DNA from: Takakia lepidozioides
Lineage: Eukaryota > Plantae > Bryophyta
Assembly: GCA_030704615.1 (NCBI GenBank)
Contig: CM060731.1
Coordinates: 77,562,001 to 77,626,000 of the forward strand
DNA length: 64,000 bases
Reading direction: 5' to 3'
Each line of letters begins with the position of its first letter. Position 1 is the first letter of the stretch. A program made the translations under genes and the position numbers. A model generated the notes under the pieces. The model was not told the origin of the DNA and ran no database searches. It saw only the letters and a program-made list of their open reading frames with translations. This document shows positions 1 to 12,231 of this stretch, piece by piece.

Positions 1-3000
1 ATGTTAGAGATTCGGGACATGTTAAAGGGAAGAACAGCTGCCAATGTGGCCCCATCGGCACCGGTGCCACATGATCTTGTAGTTCCCACCTGGTTGGTCG
101 CATCTGTTGCACCTACTGTTGAGGCGGGGGAAGACATGGTCATTGAAGAAGTTGTGCACGAAGCAACTATCAACGTGGGATTGTTGGCGGTACAGCACAC
201 TGCCACCAAAGATTAATGAGCATTTCCTTCCAGTACTTTGTGTTAGATCAGGTACATATGGAATGTTTGCAAATATGTTAAGATGTTTTTAGCTCAAGTA
301 TGTGTGGTGGCTTGCAGGATGTTGCTGCTACGCAGCGTAGCCATGAGACAAGCCTGCAACTTCCCGTGGCTGCGCCCACCTTGAATGTGACGGGCACTGC
401 TACTTCAGAATCTCCAGTGGCTGATATGTTGGGAAAGAGGAAAACTTGGGATATGGGGAAAGGGGGGGAAATCCAAATGCAAGATAGTGAGAGTACAGAG
501 GAAGGAGGGAGGCGAGAGAGTGAGAAGGAACATGAAAGGAAAAAAGAGAGGGCAGGTAAAAAGAGGGAGAGAGTTGGGGAGAAGTCCAGGCCTAATACGA
601 GAAGGAGAACTAGAGAGGGAGGTCAAGTGGCTGTGGATGACTGAATTTCATGGGCAAGAGTCAGCCTGGACAGGGAGCCATGATTTGAGGTCAGTGCCTT
701 CTGCTACGGAAGCATGAGGAAATCCCCTCTCACACTGAATAAATGTTAAGTATCATGAGAACACAATTATAGACAGAGTGAACACTGCAACAATTATGCA
801 GGGTGATCCATGGGAAATAAGACGCTGTCAAGGGTACATAAAGTGGAGATGAAAATCAACACATCGATTTATTGTTGCCTGATGCGTTGAACTTGCAACC
901 AGGCCTCTTCATTTAGGCAAGTCTATCAAACTATGATTCCAACATGTGGGGAAATAATTTACAGATAGCTAAATGTGTAACTGCCATGGATTGTGCAGGT
1001 TAAAGTAGTGTGGTCCAATGATTCATATGAAACTAGCCAAGGTAGGTGGCATGTGAGAGCATTAGGGTTGCAATAAGACGACATTGTCAATTAGGTCATC
1101 ATTTGTTATGAAAATGAGTAAAATGGGGGTTGACAAATCTCTACAATGTGACTAACTGGCAATTTTCTGTTTTTATTTTTTGGAAATAACTGAAGGCTAT
1201 AGTGGGGCATCTTGCTCCTTCAATTTTCCTTTTTTTCCTGAGAAAGGGGACGGAGCCGGACGGAGTTTTGATCAAATTAATGGAGGACAAGATAATCTCA
1301 AAGGCCATAACGCAACAGGGAAAGGCCACTTCAGGACCGCAGTAACCAACACTCCTTCACAAGCGAGAGCTGAACCACTGCAGTATAGCTACACAAAGAC
1401 AAACCGGAAAGGAATAGTGCACAAACAAGGAAACAGGAAGGAGTGTATAGGGGAAGGCCTTGAGTGGAGGGCTTTCTTGGATTTGAGGGCCTCAAGTCTA
1501 GGGCAGTAGACCAAGGCGCAGGCTTGACATACAAGGGCCTTCCCTGTGTACCTATTCCCCTATACAAAAAAATTCAAAATTCAAATTCAAATTCATAATA
1601 TACATGTTTATTTTAATTCTAAATTTTAGCTCTTTCTTTTTCCTTTTTCTTTTTTGTTGGCCAAAACACTAGGAACCGTTCATAAATATGTCAATAAAAA
1701 GAAAAAAGCCATACAGAAATTAGGAGCAAAAAATCCCACCTCCCATCCTCCCCCAGCTTTTTTTTTGTTTTATTTTTCTTAAGAGAACAAGGGATTGGAG
1801 CCATGGGGAACTTTATTGGCTCCTCCCTCAAGAGGAGACCACGCATCACTTTTGAAAAAGTGGGATGATCCTGATATACCTACATCCGATCTTACCTACA
1901 ACAAGGATACAACACCCGAAGCCCTATGTTGTAGATAAACCTGCCCTAGTTAGCAATGGATGTTAATAATATGGAGTAGCTCCATAAATGTGTAGTTAAT
2001 GAGGTGTGTATCACATTAATTGTAGTCAAGAGGAAAATGTGAGGAGTTCGAATCCTTCTAAAACATATAAACAACTAGGATGAGAAAGGAACAGCCTAAA
2101 CAACTAGGATGAAAAAAGAAATGCACCGTAATAGCACATTAATGGCAGTCAAGATCATTCAATATGATGCAAAAGAGTTTATTCTAGCGACGACCGAAGG
2201 TTCGAGAGCGAGGAGGTCGAGAGCAGAGGTCTGAGAGCTAGTTTAGCGTAGAGCAGGAGGAGGAATAGGGTGCCATAGTGCCACATCATCGTCGCCACGT
2301 TTCGTACGTCGTCAATTTCTTTCTATCTGCCCGGATGCCCCGAAAAAAAAATCCGAAGAGAAAAAATAACTTCTTGAACGGTACTTAGTCGAGACTGACC
2401 ATTTCCTCCCGATTCTGTTTGAGTTCAAAGAGGAGAGAGGACCCTCCGGAGGAGGAGAGGGGAAGGACGAGAGGCGGTGATGAGGAGCCGAGCGGAGCCA
2501 ATGGCTAAATAGGTGATAAGGAGGCATTTAGAACAGGTTTAGATAGGTTCGGCGTGCGAGGGCGATCTATAATAGAAGAAATTTGAAGTGTAAAGAAAGA
2601 AGGGTTAGAAAGAGATCGAATTGTGCGGAGGGCATTTATTCCAAACGGCGCATACAGAGAGAGTTATTCCAGTGCGAATCCACGGGAAAGGAAAAAGGGT
2701 GAGAAGATTTATCCTTCACCAATGGGGGGACAACCTACATATCAAGTTTTTAGAGGGTTTACCCCTAGGACGCTCTCTGTCTTTTAATGATTGTGAAGAA
2801 GAGTTTTTCTGTTCTGCAAAAAGTGGCTGGGTCCTGTCTGTATCATAGGTTGTTGTTCCTAAACAGGGCCATGAAATTGCATTGTGCAAGGGTTTTTGGT
2901 GTTTTTACAAGGGAATTGGGCGGTATTCTTTCTTCTTGGGAGAGGCCGTCTTATTGATAGCCTACAAGAAACCTGCATGAGTAGATGGTCAACTGCAAGC

Positions 3001-3079
3001 AGCAGCGGGGGCACAATTGATAAAATCAGGCACTCTCACAATGACCACAGCCTCCAAAAGAGGAGGAGTCCACAGGACC

Positions 3080-3845
3080 TCTTCTGGAAATTCCAGGTAT
3101 ATGAGGACACTATGTGAGGCAAGGAAACTGAAAGAGGCTCTTCAAATTTTGAACCAAGGAAGCATTTCAGCAGGTACAGATACTTATGTCTTCTGCATGA
3201 AAGTCAAATGAAAGGCGGGAAAGCAGGTGCACTCTCACATTACCCAAAGTGGATTCAAACCAAATGTTTTTCTACAGAACACCCTTGTGAACATGTATGT
3301 TTAATGCGGGAGCATCATGGCTGCACACCAAGTGTTCAACAAAATGCCTGAACGAGGTTTGTTCACATGGAATACAGCAGGCAAGGGTACCACCGACAGT
3401 TTGGAGGCTGTGATGGCTGCATATGTGTGGGGAAAAAGAAGCTCATCCTGGAACAGGAGTGAAGGTTGGCAGCATCCGCAGGCAAGTCATGTACCCTCCT
3501 CTTCTTCCACAGACTTTAAACCAAGGAGGCATTTCAGCAGATTCAGAAACGTATGTCAGAGCAGAAGTTGCGAGAGCTGCTGCTGGACTTAGGGCGCAAG
3601 CAACAAGTGCTTGGCATTCAGGTGTATGCCTCTACCTCAGCCAACAGGAATGTGATACTCTTGGATTTTGGATGCTGTTGCTATCAACCATCTATGCTGC
3701 AGCTGGTAATTGGGATAATACTGCAAAGGTGAGAAGAATGATGAAGGTTAGAGGAGTTAGAAAGGAGCCGGGTCGCTGTAGAAAAACAGAAAAGGAATTT
3801 TCTGTTTGCCACCACAATGAGAAGCTGGCCATTAGTTTTGTGTCT
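3080..3845 (+). pseudogene. Decayed PLS-class PPR gene fragments with E and DYW remnants
   Basis: PPR-like text (AHQVFNKMPER..FTWN), E-domain text (LLSTIYAAAGNWDNTAKVRRMMKVRGVRKEPG) and DYW-like CHHNEKLAISF, broken by stops, frameshifts and deletions. Confidence 0.85.
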
Positions 3846-4159
3846 GGAGACGAAAGTAGTGGATCTGCCAACATCCAGTCCAACAGGTGAAGTCCTGGCA
3901 GAACAGGAAGAGGAGATTTCAAGTGCCTGAATATTAGGCAAGAGGAACTGACCCTACTAAAATGAAGTTGACTTGAAAGTTAACTTGGAAAGCTGATGTG
4001 TCCAAGGCCATGTTGGAAGAATGCAGAATGTCCAAACAACAGTTAGGCATAAAACCCTGAACTCATTTCCGGTTTGTAACATGGATGAGTGAAGGGCAGC
4101 CTTGACACTACTGTAATTTTAACTCAGGGTGAGGTTCAACCTCGAAACTATCAAAGTTA

Positions 4160-7000
4160 GTAAACAGAGGTACAGGCGTATGAGCAAATGATGCGTGAAG
4201 GGGTGAAGCCCAACCACATCACGTTCGGTTGCATTTGCAATGTGTATGCAAGCCTGGGAGCCCTGGAAAAGGGGAAAGAGGTCCATGATGACCTCGTCAA
4301 AGCTGGAATTGTAGCAGATGTCATTCTGAACACTGCCCTGGTGGACAATATGTATGCCAAATGTGGGTGCATTAAAGATGCAAAGGCAGTTTTCAACAAT
4401 ATGCAGGCTGAATGACATCTTCAGAGCTGGAATCGTACCAGATGTGATCCTAAACAATACCTTGGTGGACATGTATGCCAAATGTGGGAGCATTGAGCAT
4501 GCAAAGGGGAGTGTTCGACCATATCGCTAAACGAAATGTGGTGTCATGGAACACGATGTTGCAGAATATGCACAGCAGGGGCGCAGGATGGTGGCTTGGA
4601 GACGTATGAGCAAATGATGTGCAAAGGAGTGAAGCCTAGAAAAGGGTAAAGAGGTCCATGGTTGCATCGTCAAAAGCTGGAATTGTACCAGATGTCATCC
4701 TGAACACTGCCCTGGTGGACATGTATGCGATGTGGGTGCATCGAGGATGCAAATGGAGTATGGCTGAACGTGATGTGGTGTTGTGGAGTGTGATGATTGC
4801 AAGATATGCACAGCAAGGGTGCGGGATGGAGGCTTTGGAGACCTATGAGCAAATGATGTGCGAAGGGGTGAAAACCAACAACATCACGTTTGTTTGTGTT
4901 TGCAATGCGTGTGAAAGCCTGGGAGCTCTGGAAAAGGGGAAAGAGGTCCATGGTGACATCGTCAAAGCTTGAATTGTACCAGATGTCATCCTGAACACTG
5001 CCCTGGTGGACATGTATGCCAAATGTGGGTGCATTAAAGGATGCGAATGGAGTTAATTTCAGCATTATGGCTGAACGAGATGTGGTGTCGTGGAACGCGA
5101 TGCTTGCAGGGGTATGCACAGCAGGGGTGCAGGATGGAGGCTTTGGAGCTCTATTCCAGAGTTTACTGAGCATGTCACTGGCTGTCATTGTCAGCTGCTA
5201 GCAGCAAGGCAAGGATGTATGCATGATTTGTGCAGAGGCATGGATAGTTGAAGGAGCAGGGATAGAGTGTGGGTCCAGATTCATCCAAGGGGACCGGACT
5301 TCAAGCTCCAGATTACCTATGATTCCCTGTGGATCAATAGCTACAAGTAACCTGCATGGGTAGATGGTCAACTAAAGGCACGTATGTTTGCATTTGCAGT
5401 GCGTGTGCAAGCCTGGCAGCCCTGGAAAAGGGGAAAGAGGCCCATGGTGACATCGTCAAATCTGGAATTGTACCAGATGTCATTCTGAACACTGCCCAAC
5501 ACGATGCTTGCAGGGTATGCACAGCAGCGGCGCGAGATGGAGGCTTTGGAGACCTATGAGCAAATGATGTGCAAAGGGGTGAGGCCAACCACATCACGTT
5601 TGTTTGTGATTCCAATGCTTGTGCAAGCCTGGCAGCCCTGGAAAAGGGCAAGAGGTGCATGGTTGTATCGCAAAAGCTGGAATTGTACCAGATGTGATTC
5701 TGTACGATATCCTCGTGGGCATGTATGCCATCTTTCTTTCTTTTCTTCTAGGCACTAGAACCGTGAACGCCAGCTTCTAGTCCTTCACAGCTCCATACCC
5801 TCGCTGCGGAATCTTCTTGTCCTAAGCTTCCTGCAGCTCTTCCTGTTTTTAGGTTGGGGCGGTGTCCCCGTGTCCCCTTTCTCATCATCATGGTCTGTAC
5901 TCCGAGGTCATTTTTTCCTCACTTATTTCAATACATTTCCCTGGCCCACAATACCCTCGTGGACATGTATGCCAATTAATGTTGGAGGCATTTCAGCAGA
6001 TTCAGATACGTTTGTTTGTCTCTTGCTTAAGTGCATCAAGATGAAAGGTCTGGAAGCTGGAAAGCAGGTGCACACTCACATTATCCAAAGTGGATTCATG
6101 CCAAGGATGCGAAGGGAGTTTTCAACACTATGGCTGAACAAGATGTCGTGTCGTGGCACGCTATGCTTGCAGGGTATGCACAGCAGGGACATGGGTTGGT
6201 GGCTTTGGAAACCTATGATCAATTGATGGGGGAAGGGGTGAAGCCCAACCACATCACGTTTGTTTGTGATTCCAATGCCTGTGCAAGCCTGACAGTCCTG
6301 GAAAAGGGTAAAGAGGTCCATGGTGACATTGTCAAAGCTGGGATTGTACCAGATGTCATTCTGAACTCTGCCCTGGTGGACATGTATGCCAAATATGGGT
6401 GCATTGAGGATGCAAAGCAAGGAACTTATGTGTACTCTGCGAAGGGGTGAAGCCCAACCACATCACCGTAGTTTGTATGTGCAAGCTTGGGAGCCCTGGA
6501 AAAGGGGAAAGAGGTCCATGGTGACATCGTCAAAGCTGGAATTGTACCCAATGTTATTCTTAACAATGCCCTCGTGGACATGTATGCCAAATGTGGGAGC
6601 ATCAAGGATGCGAAGGCAGTGTTCAACTATAACGCTGAATGAAATGTGATGTCGTGGAACGCGTTGCTTGCAGGGTAGGGCGTGGGATGGAGGTTTCGGA
6701 GACCTATGAGCAAATTATGGGGGAAGGGGTGAAGCCTCGCCACATCATGTTTGTGTGCATTTGCAATGCTTGTGCAAATCCTGGCAGCCCTGGAAATGAG
6801 TGAAGGGGTGCATGGTTGCATCGCAAAAGCAGGAGTTGGTGAGAAGAATGATGAAGGTCAGAAGGGTTAGAAAGGAGGCAGGTCCCTGCTGCATTGAGAT
6901 TTGCAACAAGGGTGCACACCTTCGCTGTAGATGGCATCCCAGAATTAAGGAAATCCATGCTGAGCTGAGAAGATTGTCTGGGCAGATGAAGTGCCTTCAA
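4160..7000 (+). pseudogene. Tandem, shuffled PLS-PPR repeat fragments ending in an E/E+ remnant
   Basis: Many near-identical P-L-S units (ERDVVSWNAMLAGYAQQG..EALETYEQMM.EGVKPNHITF....NACASLGALEKGKEVHGDIVKAGIVPDVILNTALVDMYAKCG); VRRMMKVRRVRKEAG..IEI..HPRIKEIHAEL at ~6840-6990; no continuous ORF. Confidence 0.9.
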
Positions 7001-8253
7001 AACATTTCACCCTGTTTTCCCCTCTTTATTGAAATCTGCAAGTTACTGGTTGAGTGAATGAATTATGCCTGGTAGGTGAACCTCATGTGTATTCTGATGC
7101 CTGTGCCAGTCTTTGAGCACTGAAAAAGTGGAAATGGATCTGTATGTATTTGTAAGCCTATACGTTCTGATGTGGGATTTTCCTGGTTTTATGAAGGGCC
7201 ATCTCCTATTGGAATTCCTCAATCAGCATAGTTGGGTTTGAATCAAACATCAATGGACTATGCCTTTCGTCTTCACTAGGTGTTGCTGCCAAAAAAAATA
7301 ACCGATTGTGAGAGGGTCCCTAATCGAATGATGCTTCCAGGTACATTTTCTATTATGCATTTACGGCAAGAGAAAATATCTTTGTTGTACAGTTAGATTT
7401 CATTGATTATGGTCCCTTAGGTCAACACCCAATCCTTGCATAGCAAGTCCCTAGATTACTGGCCAACAAGTAGTAGCTAAAACTCAAAAGCATAGCATTT
7501 GCCTCCTACCATAGCCATGGTTGTCCACTGCCTCTTGAAAATTCTTTTGGCTGCATCATGCTCTACTTCTACCGACATGTCTACTAGATAGACGGTTGGA
7601 CCACCAAAAGAAAACTCATTGGGAGATACTGGTGGGTCCACAGCCAGCCCAAATTTCTCACAGTGCACCAAACTCATATCTTCGTATGAGAGGATCTCGA
7701 AACTATCCTAAAAGCTCATTCCTGATCTCGCATAAATGTCTGCAAGCTTTTCAGACAATTAAGCGGTGGCAATAGTACACTTTTTAGAATTTTGTGAGAT
7801 TGTGTATCATGAGTGCAAACTTATGGTTCTAGGGTGGGGTGATGATTCAAGCAGCAAGAAGGTGTGAAGACTGATTATGAATATCAATATCATATCTATT
7901 TTATCATCAATTTTATCATTATCAATATCAATATCAACATCATTATCAAGACAAATGATTTTTATCAAAAACGTTTGTTTTTATCAAGCTGGATTTTTAA
8001 CAATGATAATTGTTTTTATCAAGACATGAGTTTTATCAAAAACAACTATTTTCATTAAAATGTTATATAAATCTGAACAGTTATTATTTATTTTATCAAA
8101 ACGCGAATGTTATCCCCTTTTTAATACATTTACAGGGCTACAATCCCCCTCATCCTGAAAAACAAAATATAATAATAATAATAATATGTCCACCGTCAAT
8201 ATAATTATTTATTTATAATTCATATTTTCAGATGTGTATAGTTCTAAATTAAA

Positions 8254-11200
8254 ATGGAAAAAGAAATTGCTAATGCCAAGAGACGGGCAAAGTATGCTTT
8301 AAATAAAGAAAAATTAAATGATGAGCGACGGAAAAAATGTAAATCTCAACCGACTCTCGATTTAGACATAAAAAATGCTAAACGAAGGGAAAAATACAAA
8401 CTGGAACATCCACCACAAACCACAAAAACAGATCAAGACAAGACAAATGCTAAACGCAGGGAAAATTTCAGAATCGAAAATCCACCACAAACCTCCGAAA
8501 TAGATCCAGACGAGACAAATGCTAAACGCAGGGAAAAATTCAGAATCGAAAATCACAACAAACCACCGAAATAGATCCAGACGAGACAAATGTTAAACGC
8601 AGGCAAAAATTCAGAATCAAAAATCCACCACAAACCACGGAAATAGATCCAGACGAAACAAATGCGAAACGAAGGGCAAAATATGCATTCCAAAAAAACC
8701 AAGATCCATTGATCAAAAATAAAATATGTGCAGCACAAATTCAGAAATATATTACACACGAAAATGAAAAAAAGGAAAAACTCAAAAGAAAAAGAGAACA
8801 AATGTATTGCACTCCTGCAAAAAAACCAAAGAACGATCATGAGTTCCCACCAGAAATATGCCTGGAGAATAACTTGTTTTGTTTATCCAACTTCAACGAA
8901 TACATTAGTAATGCGACTTTCACAAATCTATATTGTTGTGTTTGCAGCAGAGACATAGTAACCTCTAACATGTTGAAATGGAGAATCGATGAATTACACA
9001 GTGAGATCTTAAAACACATGAAAAAATGGCTCAGCTTACAAGTAGAAAACCACTTTGAAGAACATATTCTCCTACAAGAGGTTCCCCAAGAATTGATCAA
9101 TGACACAAAACATCAGCTGGACGAATTAAATGGGTTGTTATTGGACAAACGAGGAGTATCAAATAATGCACGTACCATCTTCATTTGTAAAAACTGCAGT
9201 TCCACCTTGAAAAAGAACAAGATGCCAAAATTTGCACTCGCTAACGGTTTGTGGTTCGGAAAAGTTCACGACATTTTGCCAAAATTAACCATGGTTGAAG
9301 AAGCGTTAATAGCTAGATACCGTTGTCGTGTGATGTTGTTCAAATTACGTTATGTAAATAAGGGCGGAAGGGGGCAACGCGCATTGAGAGGAAATTTGGT
9401 GAGTTTTACTCAAAATCCAGGTCGTGCGGTCGAATTGCTAAACAAATTGCCACCACCCTTAGATTCATTATCCGATATTGTTGCCGTCCACTTCATCGGC
9501 ACTTCACATCCACCCATTAACGTCGTGAAAACATGTAATTTACTATACGTACGTAGACTTGCAGTGACGACATGGTTAACATGGCTGAAAAATAATCACA
9601 CGGGTTACAAAGACATTCAAATTGATAACGACATATTGGATGGACTACCAGAGAACGATATTCCACCATCAATCTTGAGATCGGTGTTTGAATCCACGGA
9701 CATTGACTTCGCCAACGCTGAACATCGTACCAATATAACGGATTTGCACAACAGAAAAACACTAATAAACAAAGATGACGCTACGATCCAGCCCGTCATA
9801 GACACGTCCGGACTCATCGATTTTGACGGAATTGACATAAAGCACAACGACCTAATCTCCAACGCTTTAAATGGATTGCAACTACAACAAAATATGTATC
9901 TGTCATACACGCATGAAACCAAAATGGTGAACGAATACGCAAACCCAAAATTGATCGCGTGTATGTTTCCGACTTTATTTCCGTTTGGAATCGGCGTAAC
10001 CGAAATGAAAAACCGTCCAATTAAAGTAACTTTGGAGGCCCACGTTGTGATGAGTTTGACCGATATCCATCACGACTTTTCGAAACACCACTTGTTTCCA
10101 TTCTTCATGTTCAATTTGATGTAACGTAGACAAATATGTCTGGGCGCAAAATTGACAGTGTCGAGATCGGCATTTCAAAGTGAAGCACAACTCCTTAACA
10201 ATATCCGTTCAGAAGACTTCAACGACATAATAGACGATGTGAAATCAATAAACAACAAACCGGAAATACAAAAGTTATTGCGACACTTGAAAGTATCAAG
10301 TAAACACGTGATGGCATCTAGAAGCAGTCGCGTAACACAGAGAAACGAAATATTCAGCATGATGCAGTAGTTGGGAACACCAAGTTTATTCTTTACTTTG
10401 AATCCAGCATTCGTACATCATCCTCTAGTGTCCCTACTAAGTGGGAACGACATCAATCTCGACATTTTTTTCGACGACAACCTCCCGGACCACAATGAAA
10501 GACGTGCAATTGCCACCACGAATCCGAGATCTCAAGCTAAATTTGTACACATCATCGTGAATGCAATTTTTAAATACCTACTCCGTGTCAGAGAGACTGC
10601 CAAAACTACCACAACAAATACAGGAGTACTTGGAAACATAAACGCATATTACGGTTGTTATGAAACCGCGAAAAATGGTTCACTTCACATACACACATTG
10701 TTGTGGCTAGAAAATGCCCCAAATCCAAACGACCTCGTACAAAAACTAAAAGACGACGAAGAATTCAAACGAAAAATGCTGGCATATTTGGACAACATTA
10801 TAGTACGCAACTTGATCCAATTCACATCCGAAATACCAATCGACGACGATATACCCACCAATACCACTGACTCCGAGAACGAAGAAAACAATGTAAACAC
10901 CAAAATCCATCCGTGCACTACTAGATCTCCCGATGTTCACTCTAAAAAAATTTATGCTCAAAATTGCTGAATGTATGCAATCGCCACGTCTGCAATCCTG
11001 CGTGTTACAAAACCAACGAAGACGTTTTCAAAAAGAATTGTAGATACGGATTTCCCGCTGTCTTAGTTAAAAAACGCATTTCGACGACGAAACCGGGTTG
11101 CTGTATATAAAACGAACCGACAGATGGTTGAACAACGCAAATATATGGATGTTAGTATCAGGAAGATGCAACCACGATTTGAAATTCATCGGTGCTTCAG

Positions 11201-11640
11201 GGAAAGACGCAAAGGCTCTGATATACTACATCACGGATTACATCACAAAATCTTCCGTCTACACATCACACATGTATTCGCTTTTGCAAATAGCCGTAAA
11301 AAAGATCAAAACAACTTATGACGATCTATATTCCGAATATTCAGTTGAGAAAAGCCGCAAATTGCTAATTCGATGTTTAAACACGATCGGATCGCAACAA
11401 GAAATCTCGGCGACAAAGGCAGTCAGTTACCTTATGAAATATCCAGACCATTTGACAAACCACCAGTTTGCATATTTGCCATGGTATAGTTTATCAGCAT
11501 GGATTCGCGAACAAGAAAAATCTCAATCGAACAAAGATGGAAACAACGATCTGAACAGCACACCTGACAATAACGACCCCGAAAATACCTTCGAAACATT
11601 CAAAGTTGAAAGATCCAAATAGAACGACAAGTTGATTAAC
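8254..11640 (+). mobile_element. Helitron RepHel N-terminal/Rep region (DUF6570-type), 3' truncated, with stops and frameshifts
   Basis: PKFALANGLWFG..LPKLTMVEEALIA (DUF6570-like), FPTLFPFGIG, GTPSLFFTLNP (motif I), GSLHIHTLLW (HUH), YITDYITK (catalytic Tyr pair); no helicase follows. Confidence 0.9.
8374..8690 (+). repeat. ~72-bp coding tandem repeat (about 4-5 units) in the Helitron N-terminus
   Basis: Repeated acaaatgctaaacgcagggaaaa.ttcagaatcgaaaatccaccacaaacc.ccgaaatagatccagacgag, encoding NAKRRE.FRIENPPQTSEIDPDET. Confidence 0.85.
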
Positions 11641-11699
11641 AATTTTCTCCATGGTTGTTTCCCGAGGTTATTTTTTCCTCAGTTTTTATTGGCTCTGTC

Positions 11700-12120
11700 C
11701 TGCAAGGGATAGAGGCATTGTGGAGACTTCTTGCCTAGGCGGAGAACGGAGAACTAGGCTTATCCATTAAGCCTAGAGAGAGATAGAGAGCCCCTAGTCA
11801 TTAGAGGGTTGATGAGACCCGCAAGGGATAGATGCATTGTGGAGACATCTTTAGGGAGAGAATTCGGCTTATCCATTAAGCCAAGAGAGAGAGAGCCCCT
11901 AGTCTTTAGAGGGTTGATGGGACTCGCAAGGGATAGAGGCATTGTGGAGACTTCTTGCCTAACCAGGCTTATCCATTAAGTCTAGAGAGAGAGAGAGCGC
12001 CTAGTCTTTAGAGGGTTGATGGGACCCGCAAGGGATAGAGGCATGCATAGTGGATACATCTTTAAAGAGAGAACTAGGCTTATCCATTAAGCCTAGTCTA
12101 TGGAGGGTTGATGGGAATGA
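11700..12120. repeat. Tandem repeat, ~4 units of ~100-120 bp
   Basis: gcaagggatagaggcattgtggagac...ggcttatccattaagcc.agagagagag..ccctagtctttagagggttgatggga recurs at ~11702, 11821, 11926 and 12028. Confidence 0.9.
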
Positions 12121-12160
12121 TTCATGAATCCCTAGAAAAAGTATAAAACAACAACCACAA

Positions 12161-12185
12161 AAGCCGCTTGTTTAACAAGCGGCTT
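12161..12185 (-). other. Helitron 3' terminal hairpin
   Basis: Perfect 12-bp inverted repeat aagccgcttgtt-t-aacaagcggctt, ~45 bp past the stop of the Helitron ORF; on the minus strand it is followed by a T-tract and CTAG (12132-12135). Confidence 0.7.
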
Positions 12186-12231
12186 GACGCGTAATGGCTC
12201 CACCCTCCAATATGAAATATATAAGGCAACA

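Noticed and set aside
2030-2060. GTTCGAATCC B-box suggesting a tRNA or SINE
   Set aside because: No cloverleaf or convincing A box can be built.
1-2900. Short low-complexity ORFs at the window start
   Set aside because: No recognisable domain; probably TE remnants, left uncalled.
11700-12120. CRISPR-like array (palindromic repeats)
   Set aside because: Whole units repeat without unique spacers; eukaryotic context; no cas genes.
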